From: Macrostomum lignano
Taxonomy: Eukaryota
Direction: 5' to 3'
DNA length: 22,469 nt
Assembly (NCBI GenBank): GCA_002269645.1
Contig: NIVC01002217.1
Location: forward strand, 169,146 to 191,614
The notes beneath the pieces were generated by a model. That model did not search any database. It was not told where the DNA came from and worked only from the letters and a program-made list of their open reading frames with translations. Shown here in pieces: positions 1-19,580 of the stretch (the stretch's first letter is position 1; the number at the start of each line of letters is the position of its first letter). Both the position numbers and the translations under genes were made by a program.

Positions 1-3000
1 TCTCAGCCTGGCCGCGCTGACCTCCATCGCTCGGCTGGACGCCTGGGGAGCCGCCAACATCCTGGTGCTCGGAGCCCCACAGCCGGGCTGACGGGGCTGC
101 ACTGTGCCGCCGCCTCTGCGGGACGTCTTCCCCCACTGCGGCAGGGACGGCGTCACGGTAAGGAGGAAGTGATCGTGTGTTAGTTGGGATTCTGATCCCA
201 GATTAGTGGGATTCTGATCCCAGATTAGTAGGGATTCTGATCCCAGATTAGTAGGATTCTGATCCAGATTAGTAGGGATTCTAATCCCAGATTAGTGAGG
301 ATTCTGATCCCAGATTAGTAGGGATTCTAATCCCGGATTAGTGGGATTCTAATCCCAGATTAGTGAGGATTCTAATCCCAGATTAGTAGGATTCTAATCC
401 CAGATTAGTGAGGATTCTAATCCCAGATTAGTGAGGATTCTGATCCCAGATTAGTAGGGATTCTAATCCTAGATTAGTAGGATTCTAATCCCAGATTAGT
501 GGGATTCTAATCCCAGATTAGTGAGGATTCTAATCCCAGATTATTGAGGATTCTAATCCCAGATTATTGAGGATTCTAATCCCAGATTATTGAGGATTCT
601 AATCCCAGATTAGTGGGGATTCTAATCCAGATTAGTGGGGATTCTAATCCCAGATTAGTAGGGATTCTAATCCCAGATTATTAAGGATTCTAATCCCAGA
701 TTATTGAGGATTCTAATCCCAGATTAGTGGGGATTCTAATCCCAGATTAGTTGGGATTCTAATCCAGATTAGTGGGGATTCTAATCCCAGATTGGTGAGG
801 ATTCTGATCCAGATTAGTAGGGATTCTTATCCCAGATTAGTAGGGATTCTTATCCCAGATTAGTGAGGATTCTGATCCCAGATTAGTAGGATTCTAATCC
901 CAGATTAGTAGGGATTCTAATCCCAGATTATTAAGGATTCTAATCCCAGATTAGTAAGGATTCTGATCCCAGATTAGTGGGGATTTTGATCCCAGATTAG
1001 TGAGGATTCTGATTTCATATAAGTGGGGATTCTGATCCCAGATTAGTAGGATTCGGATCCCATATTAATTTGGATTATGATCTAATGACTTCTCAATTTA
1101 CGCAGGATTAGACTAATGACTGTTTACATCAACTAGTCTATTAGTTTAATAATCAGCACAACTAGTCCAACTTTAACCACTTGCTCGCATTTCCAGAGCA
1201 TAGAAATGCGATTCACGGAGGCTCTGTTAGCCGTGTCTGAAGCGTACAAAAACTTGACAAGCGCATCGGCTGCGGTGACCTTCAGTGAAAGCAACTCCAG
1301 CTGCAACCCGCTGCAGCCATGGACCAGCGGGGGATCAGTGGCCCGCTTCATCAAGTCGGTAAGTATTGGGGATGGGGAAAATAGGGATAAAATGCTGTAA
1401 TAATGTCTTATAAGGCTTGACTGTTGACTCTAGGGCCAAATCGTATTTAATAGCAGGTGGAAAGCTAATCTATAGACCACTGATTGCTAGTCTATAGACC
1501 AATGGATTGCTAATCTATAGACCAATGGATTGCTAATCTATAGACCACTGGATTGCTAATCTATAGACCAATGATTGCTAATCTATAGATCAATGGATTG
1601 CTAATCTATAGACCAATGGATTGCTAACCTATAGAATAATTCATTGCTAATCTATAGACCAATGGATTGCTAACCTATAGAATAATTCATTGCTAATCTA
1701 TAGACTAATGGATTGCTGATCTATAGACCAATGGATTGCTAATCTATAGACAATGATTGCTAATCTATAGACTAATTGATTGCTAATCTATAGACTAATT
1801 GATTGCTAATCTATAGACCAATGGATTGCTAATCTATAGACCAATGGATTGCTAATCTATAGACTATGGATTGCTAATCTATAGACCAATGATTGCTAAT
1901 CTATAGACTAATTCATTGCTAATCTATAGACTAATTGATTGCTAATCTATAGACTAATTGATTGCTAATCTATAGACTAATTGATTGCTAATCTATAGAC
2001 TAATGATTGCTAATCTATAGACCAATGGATTGCTAATCTATAGACCAATGGATTGCTAATCTATAGACCAATGGATTGCTAATCTATAGATCAATGGATT
2101 GCTAATCTATAGATCAATGGATTGCTAATCTATAGATCAATGGATTGCTAATCTATAGACCAATGGATTGCTAATCTATAGATCAATGGATTGCTAACTA
2201 TAGACTAATTCATTGCTAATCTATGACTAATGGATTGCTATCTATAGACAATGGATTGCTATCTATAGACCAATGGATTGCTAACCTATAGACTAATTCA
2301 TTGCTAATCTATAGACCAATGGATTGCTAATCTAAAACGCGTCATCCGCAGCTGCAAGGCCTGGACACCTTCCGCTCGGTGATCAGCTACAACGCCAGCT
2401 CGAACCGTCTCGAGGCTCCCTACGTTGAGTTCGCGGCCACCTTCAACGAGCTGGCCGATCAGCCAGTCGAATTTGTAGAGAGCGCCCGGTTCTACCCAGC
2501 CAACGCCAGCCTGCGAGTGCTTCGGACAGTGTCCGGCCGGAGTCTCGTCTTCTCCAACGCCTTTGTGGACTTCAAGAATCGGACTCTGACCGTTTGTGCA
2601 CCGATTGTGAGTGACTGGAATGCAGCCATGGATACCTGACTATTAATGCTCATGAATTGCTCATAAAAACAGAAATTAAACCAGCAATCGGCACCAACCC
2701 CCGTTGGAAAGCCAAAGAAGAATGGGATATTTTTTGAATAAACTAAAAATAGCTTTTGAACTTTCAGCCTTGACATCTCAGCAATTCCCCTCGACATAGA
2801 AATTAATCTCTGATCGATGGCACTAAATTTACAGACCATGAATACAGTCTATGGATTGCTAATCTATAGCCCATCGATTGCTAATCTATAGTTAATTGAT
2901 TGCCAATCTGTATCTTATGGATTGCTAATCTATAGTTAATTGATTGCCAATCTGTATCTTATGGATTGCTAATCTATAGTTAATTGATTGCCAATCTGTA

Positions 3001-6000
3001 TCTTATGGATTGCTAATCTATAGTTAATTGATTGCCAATCTGTATCTTATGGATTGCTAATCTATAGTTAATTGATTGCCAATCTGTATCTTATGGATTG
3101 CTAATCTATAGTTAATTGATTGCCAATCTGTATCTTATGGATTGCTAATCTATAGTTAATTGATTGCCAATCTGTATCTTATGGATTGCTAATCTATAGT
3201 TAATTGATTGCCAATCTGTATCTTATGGATGCTAATCTATAGCATTGATATGTAGACATGCAGAACTGAGACTGGACTTCTCCAAACGTGAATAGATCCT
3301 CATCATTCCAGATCCCGCCGTTCACGGAGTACACGAATGTCAACGATGACCTGACCGGCAATGTCACCGGCGAGATCGCCGAATGGTTTAAAATATTCGA
3401 GCCGAAGCTGAAGTTTCGGTACGCCTGGCGGGTTGGAATTTCTAAGAAAATGATTCGTACTAGCGAATGACAATGCTGCACATAGTGCCGCCACCGACCG
3501 TTCCAGATCGATTTTCAGGCAGGCGCCGGACCGCCAGTTCGGTGCCCCGATTCCCGGCTCAGACTTTTTCAGCGGCTGCATTGGCGAAGTTCAGAAAGGG
3601 TGGGTGAGCAGCTGCTGGAACAGTTTAGGATGAAGTGATGAGATGAGACGTTTGAGGAAGGGTAAAGTGAATGGAGATGAGGGCGAATTGCTGCGAGGTA
3701 AAAATCTTTTTTGGTAAGAGATAGTACAAAATGGTTGGGGATAAGAGCGCAGTGATTGGAGATAAGAGCGCAGTGATTATAGATAAGAGCACAGAGTGAT
3801 TATAAATATAGATAGATAAGGGCGGAGTGGTTAGAGATAAGGCGGAGTGGTTGGAGATAAGGGTGGAGTGGTTAGAGATAAGGGCGGAGTGGTTAGAGAT
3901 AAGGGCGGAGTGGTTAGAGATAAGGGCGGAGTGGTTAGAGATAAGGGCGGAGTGGTTAGAGATAAGGGCGGAGTGGTTAGAGATAAGGGTGGAGTGGTTA
4001 GAGATAAGGGCGGAGTGGTTAGTGATAAGGGTGGAGTGGTTAGAGATAAGGGTGGAGTGGTTAGAGATAAGGACGGAGTGGTTAGTGATAAGGGCGGAGT
4101 GGTTGGAGATAAGGGCGGAGTGGTTAGAGATAAGGGCGGAGTGGTTAGAGATAAGGCGGAGTGGTTAGAGATAAGGGCGGAGTGGTTAGAGATAAGGGCG
4201 GAGTGGTTAGAGATAAGGGTGGAGTGGTTAGAGATAAGGGCGGAGTGGTTAGTGATAAGGGTGGAGTGGTTAGAGATAAGGGTGGAGTGGTTAGAGATAA
4301 GGACGGAGTGGTTAGTGATAAGGGCGGAGTGGTTGGAGATAAGGGCGGAGTGGTTAGAGATAAGGACGGAGTGGTTAGAGATAAGGACGGAGTGGTTAGT
4401 GATAAGGGCGGAGTGGTTAGTGATAAGGGCGGAGTGGTTAGAGATAAGGGTGGAGTGGTTAGAGATAAGGGTGGAGTGGTTAGAGATAAGGGCGGAGTGG
4501 TTAGTGATAAGGGTGGAGTGGTTAGAGATAAGGTTGGAGTGGTTAGAGATAAGGACGGAGTGGTTAGAGATAAGGGCGGAGTGGTTAGAGATAAGGGCGG
4601 AGTGGTTAGTGATAAGGGCGGAGTGGTTAGTGATAAGGGCGGAGTGGTTAGAGATAAGGGTGGAGTGGTTAGAGATAAGGGCGGAGTGGTTAGAGATAAG
4701 GGCGGAGTGGTTGGAGATAAGGGTGGAGTGGTTAGTGATAAGGGCGGAGTGGTTAGTGATAAGGGCGGAGTGGTTGGAGATAAGGGTGGAGTGGTTAGAG
4801 ATAAGGACGGAGTGGTTAGAGATAAGGACGGAGTGGTTAGAGATAAGGGCGGAGTGGTTAGAGATAAGGACGGAGTGGTTAGTGATAAGGGCGGAGTGGT
4901 TAGTGATAAGGGCGGAGTGGTTAGAGATAAGGACGGAGTGGTTAGAACTGAATGCCGCAAATCGATCCGCTCCTTCCCGCAGAACGCGCACCTGTCGATG
5001 CCGTACGCAATCACCACACTGCGCAGTCAGGTTGTGGACTTTTCCTTCCCCCTGGCCTCATCCGGCAATACCATCTTGGTGCGCCGGCCGCCGCCCTCAA
5101 CCCGGATGTGGAACATTTTCGCTCCACTCAGCTACGACGTGTGGCTGCTGCTGCTCGGTGTCCTGTGCACCGCTGCCTTCTTCACTTACCTGCTCGCCTA
5201 CTTCAGCCCGTTCACCGCCTGGAATCTAGGAGTAAACTACTCGTTTGCGGACGAGGTCTGGCTTCAAGAGTACATCTGGTCCTTTCTTGGCAGCCTTTTG
5301 CAGCAGGGCCAGGATTTCTATCCGTTCGCGATGAGCCCGAGAAGCATTTTGGCGTTCTGGTGGTTTCTCACCGTCATTTTGCTTGCCGCGTACACAGGTG
5401 TGATTCGCTTATATCTACTACTTACAGTAGTGCAGATGAGAAGATTTCATAATGAGTAGAATAGAATAAAATAGAACAGAATCGAATCGAACAGACCTCG
5501 TCACCATTGCAGGAAACCTGACCGCCTACCTGACCGTGTCCGTGACGCAGCTTCCAATCAGAACCCTGGAAGATGTGCTCGCCAACCAGCACTACAAAGT
5601 CCTGGTCTCCAAGGGAACCAACATATACGCGCAAATCCTGCTCGACACGTCCGGGCCCTATTATGAGCTGAGAAAGCAGATGAAGGTTGTGGACTCCATG
5701 CCGATCTGCTCCCAGACCGTGAGCCGATGTCCCAATGGCTGCTTTTCAATGCAGAAGTCTGTAACACATCTAACACTAGCGCACCTAACACATTACTCTG
5801 CATTGAAGGTAGCCGTGGATTCGAACCCCTACCAGGTGTGCATCGTGGACCAGAACATCAATATTCACTTCTACAACGCCTACTGCAACAAAGTGTACAT
5901 CGCCGACCAGACGTTCAACGCCTACTCGCTTGGAGTCGCCTTTCCTAAGGGCGCCTTTTACCTGCCTGCCTTCAGCTTCCTGTGAGCCCCAACGCTGGCC

Positions 6001-7074
6001 TCATCCTTACCTTTTACTCCAGCTTTCTGCCACTCACTCCCTGTCACTCCCTGTCACTCCCTGTCACTCCCTGTCACTCCCTGTCACTCCCTGTCACCCC
6101 CTGTCACTCCCTGTCACTCCTTGTCACTCCCTGTCACTCCCTGTCACTCCCTGTCACTCCCTGTCACTCCATATCACTCCCTGTCACTCCCTATCACTCC
6201 CTGTCACTACATGTCGCTTCCTGTCACTCCCTGTCACTCCATATCACTCCCTGTCACTCCCTGTCACTCACTGTCACTCCCTGTCACTCCCTGTTACTCC
6301 GTCACTCCTTGTTACTCCCTGTCACTCCCTGTTACTCCCTGTCATTCCCTGTCACTCCCTGTTACTCCCTGTCACTCCCTGTCACTCCCTGTTACTCCCT
6401 GTCACTCCCTGTCACTCCATATCACTCCCTGTCACTACATGTCGCTTCCTGTCATTCCCTGTCACTCCCTGTCACTCTCTGTCACTCCCTGTCATTCCCT
6501 GTCACTCCCTGTCACTCCCTGTTACTCCGTCACTCCCTGTTACTCCCTGTCACTCCCTGTCACTCCCTGTCATTCCCTGTCACTCCCTGTTACTCCCTGT
6601 CACTCCCTGTCACTCCCTGCCACTCCCTGCCACTCCCTGCCACTCCCTGCCACTCCCTGTCACTCCCTGTCACTCCCTGTCACTCCCTGTCACTCCCTGC
6701 CACTCCCCGTCACTCCCTGCTGTTCCCTGCCACTCCCTGTCACTCTGCCGCTCTCTGCCGCTCTTTACCCTTCTCCACTACCATTCTCAGACTTTCGCAC
6801 TGACTTCCTTAATTATCCAAACCCCCGCAGTCTGGAAAAGTCGCAGGACTCCGGCCTGAGCCAGTGGCTCGAGTACAAATACTTCCCGCGCTCGAACGCC
6901 GAGTGCGTAGTGTCAGCCGTCACGGCCGAGGCCGACCCCATCACCATCGAGGGCGTCGCTGGAGCTTTCATCGTCACAGGCGGGCTGTACGTCTGCGGCA
7001 TTCTGCTTCTGCTGCTGGAGCTGCTGTGGACCTTTTGCTGTAAACAGTCTCCTAATAGGCTGCCTTGCTACTGA
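1..7074 (+). CDS. Divergent ionotropic glutamate receptor-like gene, paralog 1 (5'-truncated by window). Exons: <1-157, 1197-1358, 2352-2606, 3312-3418, 3507-3603, 4983-5397, 5513-5718, 5809-5981, 6831-7074
   Basis: Manual splice model: all introns GT-AG with compatible phases, and exon sizes nearly all match paralog 2 (255, 107, 415, 206, 173, 244 nt). Motifs: CNPLQPW (ATD), IPPF, GCIGEVQKG, YAITTLRSQVVDFS (S1), WSFLGSLLQQGQD (M2), AYTGNLTAYLT (M3), YCN and AEC (S2 Cys pair), M4, TGA at 7072-7074. The first visible exon has an in-frame TGA at 89-91, apparently from paired indels, so it may be a pseudogene or an assembly error. Confidence 0.85.
184..1070. repeat. Minisatellite, 22-23 bp unit GGGATTCTAATCCCAGATTAGT(A/G), about 39 copies (paralog 1 intron)
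   Basis: Direct tandem periodicity. Confidence 0.95.
1464..2335. repeat. Minisatellite, 22-23 bp unit ACCAATGGATTGCTAATCTATAG, about 38 copies
   Basis: Direct tandem periodicity. Confidence 0.95.
2846..3245. repeat. 44 bp higher-order (dimeric) repeat ATGGATTGCTAATCTATAGTTAATTGATTGCCAATCTGTATCTT, about 8 copies
   Basis: ATGG recurs at 2917, 2961, 3005, 3049, 3093, 3137, 3181. Confidence 0.95.
3735..4946. repeat. Minisatellite, 21 bp unit GAGTGGTTAGAGATAAGGGCG, about 54 copies plus a degenerate 5' flank
   Basis: Tandem periodicity; explains the WLEIRAE/VVRDKGG/ISNHSAL pseudo-ORFs. Confidence 0.95.
6030..6745. repeat. Minisatellite, 10 bp unit CTCCCTGTCA, about 70 copies
   Basis: Tandem periodicity; explains the PVTPCHSLSL pseudo-ORFs. 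Confidence 0.95.
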
Positions 7075-7149
7075 AGCAGAGGATGAAATTACCTTTGACT
7101 GGAGGAAAACATTTTCGCACTCTGAGCACCTTGTCGCGCTGGTACCTCC

Positions 7150-7410
7150 GTACTCCAGTACTCTAGAACTCTAGCACTCTAGCACTCTAGCACTCTAGCA
7201 CTCTAGCACTCTAGTACACTAGTACGCTAGTACTCTAGTATTCCAGTACTCTAATACCATATTACTCTAGTAGTCTAGTACTTTAGTACTCTAGTACTTT
7301 AGTACTCTAGTACTTTAGTAGTCTAGTACTTTAGTACTCTAGTACTTTAGTACTCTAGTACTTTAGTACTCTAGTACTTTAGTACTCTAGTACTTTAGTA
7401 CTCTAGTATG
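7150..7410. repeat. 8/16 bp palindrome-rich repeat (CACTCTAG; TAGTACTT/TAGTACTC) in the paralog 1 3' region
   Basis: Tandem periodicity with AGTACT and CTAG palindromes. Confidence 0.85.
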
Positions 7411-7447
7411 CTAGCATCTATCCACTTAAGTCTTATCACTCTAAAGC

Positions 7448-7453
7448 AATAAA
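7448..7453 (+). terminator. Candidate polyadenylation signal AATAAA for paralog 1
   Basis: AATAAA about 375 nt after the stop codon, followed by T/GT-rich sequence. Confidence 0.4.
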
Positions 7454-7921
7454 ACGGTATTAAAATGTTTTCGTAATTTGACACGAGCGTATGTTGTGCA
7501 CTTGAGTACTTTACATATTTTTGCACTTAAGCATACCTTTACATACATATTTCTGTTTCTTAATTACTTCAGTAGAAACAACACTAATGGTGTAAACACT
7601 GCAGTCATTCTACTTGCAATTAGTTAGCCATCTATCTACAGTACTGTATGTAAGTACGTCTATTTTTCCTCTGCAAATTGTTTTTTTTACAACCATGTGA
7701 CCTTGCACACCGATTTCAATGTTTCTTTTCAATGTCCTCGAGTAAAATAAGAACTCAGTCTCTGCGAAAACAGATTTGATCTGCCGTTTAATCCCGGCTT
7801 AACGTTTCTGAAAAGCTCCTTGAAATAAAGCGCCTTGAAATATATTTTTTTATTAATTAGTGACTGTGACCTCACCCAGTCAGCCTGTGGGTCCCGCTGC
7901 CCCTCACCTGGCTGCTGCCAC

Positions 7922-8020
7922 GCTGTCTCCCTGTCTCCCTGTCTCCCTCTGTCTCCCTCTGTCTCCCTCTGTCTCCCTCTGTCTCCCTCTGTCTCCCTCT
8001 GTCTCCTTCTGTCTCCCACT
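7922..8020. repeat. 10 bp repeat CTGTCTCCCT, about 9 copies (intergenic)
   Basis: Tandem periodicity. Confidence 0.9.
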
Positions 8021-8388
8021 GCCCCCCACATAAGCTACGAGCATATTTGAATTCCCCTGCCGCATGCAAAGCACAATTAAAATTGGTTTAGCATCAATTC
8101 ATTGATAAATTTGTGCAGGCTAATTAGGCAATTACTGAGTCAATTAAACAGAGAGCCAGGCCGCACAAAGCTACAAAAGCAAAAGTGTTTGTGCTCAGTG
8201 AAAGCTGATACTGCAGGCACAGCAACCAAAGTTTTGGCTTAGCAACCAAAATCGAACATGAAGCAATCCGAACTGGCATCGATGCTTTCAACTGCTGCCA
8301 GTTAGCTTTCTTCTCAATCATCAAAATGCGAGTTTTCGGTTGAAACTTCATCTCGGATCAAACGACCGAAGTCTATCTGCTTTGATTG

Positions 8389-8402
8389 GTTGTCATGGAA
8401 AC
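8389..8402 (+). promoter_or_regulatory. RFX X-box motif GTTGTCATGGAAAC upstream of paralog 2
   Basis: Exact match to the GTHNYY-AT-RRNAAC consensus, 124 bp before the ATG; overlaps a reverse CCAAT box (ATTGG 8385-8389) by 1 nt. Confidence 0.6.
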
Positions 8403-8415
8403 TAGCAAATGGAGA

Positions 8416-8453
8416 TTATATACAAAGAAGGGCCCCAATTAGCCTGTTCAGTT
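8416..8453 (+). promoter_or_regulatory. Candidate core promoter: TATA-like TATATA (8417-8422) and Inr TCAGTT (8448-8453)
   Basis: About 30 nt TATA-to-Inr spacing; no upstream ATG in the implied ~75 nt 5'UTR; A at -3 of ATG 8526. Confidence 0.4.
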
Positions 8454-8525
8454 GAATAAATTTTTGCCACCCAAAGTTTTGAGTTGATACCAGAGCTGCG
8501 ACGACAGGCACCCACCGCCGAAAGC

Positions 8526-18138
<9,613 letters not shown>

Positions 18139-18185
<47 letters not shown>
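18139..18185. repeat. (AG)n microsatellite starting within and after the paralog 2 stop codon
   Basis: Directly visible. Confidence 0.95.
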
Positions 18186-18188
<3 letters not shown>

Positions 18189-18399
18189 TCATTGGCCTGC
18201 GATTTTTGCAATGTGAACTTGGAAAGTCGAAACTTAAAATATTGGAATTTTGCAATTGCTAAACTATCCACTCTTAGCTTGGCGCAGAAGCTGAGCAATG
18301 CCATTATTGGTGACTCAGCTGCACATTAGTTTATCAAGCTGGCTGATCAGTATGCCACACAGGATCAGTCTCTTCCCTCCATTCGGCGGACAAAGGTCT

Positions 18400-18490
18400 C
18401 TGGCGCCTCTGGTGCTGGCGCCTCTGGTGCTGGCGCCTCTGGTGCTGGCGCCTCTGGTGCTGGCGCCTCTGGTGCTGACGCCCCTGGTGT
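18400..18490. repeat. 15 bp repeat GCTGGCGCCTCTGGT, about 6 copies
   Basis: Tandem periodicity. Confidence 0.9.
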
Positions 18491-18702
18491 TTTTGCACCC
18501 CGCTACGCCCCTGATGCTACAATGAGTGACGCCACTCAAATTGAATTCTGGTGGTTTCTTCACAGGCTACCCAATCACCATTGGCATTGTTAAACTTTTG
18601 TGCCTGAGTTTGGGAGTTTTGGCTATTGCTGAGTAGGCTGGTGTAGCTCAGTGTATTCTCATATATTATTCGAAACTGTCTATTATGAATTTAATTAGTG
18701 CG

Positions 18703-19220
18703 GCAGCCTACAGAGACTGAGAGGGGCAGCCTACAGAGAGACTGGGGGAGAGGGGCAGCCTACAGAGAATGGGGGAGAGGGGCAGCACACAGAGAGACTG
18801 GGGGAGAGGGGCAGCCCACAGAGAGACTGGGGGAGAGGGGCAGCCCACAGAGAGACTGGGGAGAGGGGCAGCACACAGAGAGACTGGGGGATAGGGGCAG
18901 CACACAGAGAGACTGGGGAGAGAGGGCAGCACACAGAGAGACTGGGGGAGAGGGGCAGCACACAGAGAGACTGGGGGAGAGGGGCAGCACACAGAGAGAC
19001 TGGGGGAGGGGCAGCACACAGAGAGACTGGGGGAGAGGGGCACACAGAGAGACTGGGGGAGAGGGGCAGCACACAGAGAGACTGGGGGAGAGGGGCAGCA
19101 CACAGAGAGACTGGGGGAGAGGGGCAGCACACAGAGAGACTGGGGAAGAGGGGCAGCACACAGAGAGACTGGGGGAGAGGGCAGCACACAGAGAGACTGG
19201 GGAAGAGGGGCAGCACACCG
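18703..19220. repeat. G-rich minisatellite, 28-29 bp unit GGGGCAGCACACAGAGAGACTGGGGGAGA, about 18 copies
   Basis: Tandem periodicity. Confidence 0.95.
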
Positions 19221-19411
19221 AAGAACCGGGCGTGTCTCCCTGAGGATGTATGCGATCTCAAAAGTTTGTGAACTTTTCAAACCGATGTTAAACTGCACAC
19301 CGCGTTTATTGAGCTCACAAGACACCGTTATTAAATATTATATATGGGCATGATATTATTCTGCAGACAATGTGTTTATTAATTTGGAAGTCGATTTTAC
19401 ATGATTAGATG

Positions 19412-19580
19412 TCAGTAGGGGTGTCAGGTAGTTGATCAGGAGCCATAGTAGGGGTGTCAGGGAGTTGATCAGGAGCCATAGTAGGGGTGTCAGGGAGTTG
19501 ATCAGGAGCCATAGCAGGGTGTCAGGGAGTTTATCAGTCGCCATAGTAGGGGTGTCAGGAGTTCATCAGAAGCCCATAGC
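19412..19580. repeat. 33 bp repeat TAGTAGGGGTGTCAGGGAGTTGATCAGGAGCCA, about 5 copies
   Basis: Tandem periodicity. Confidence 0.9.

Noticed and set aside
3827-5229. Long ORFs WLEIRAE / VVRDKGG / ISNHSAL / LSLTTPP
   Set aside because: Translations of a 21 bp intronic minisatellite whose unit lacks stops; not real proteins.
5930-6859. PVTPCHSLSL-type ORFs
   Set aside because: Translation of a 10 bp repeat inside an intron with good GT/AG ends.
18698-19325. Cys/Pro-rich or Gly-rich ORFs on both strands
   Set aside because: Translations of the 28-29 bp G-rich minisatellite.
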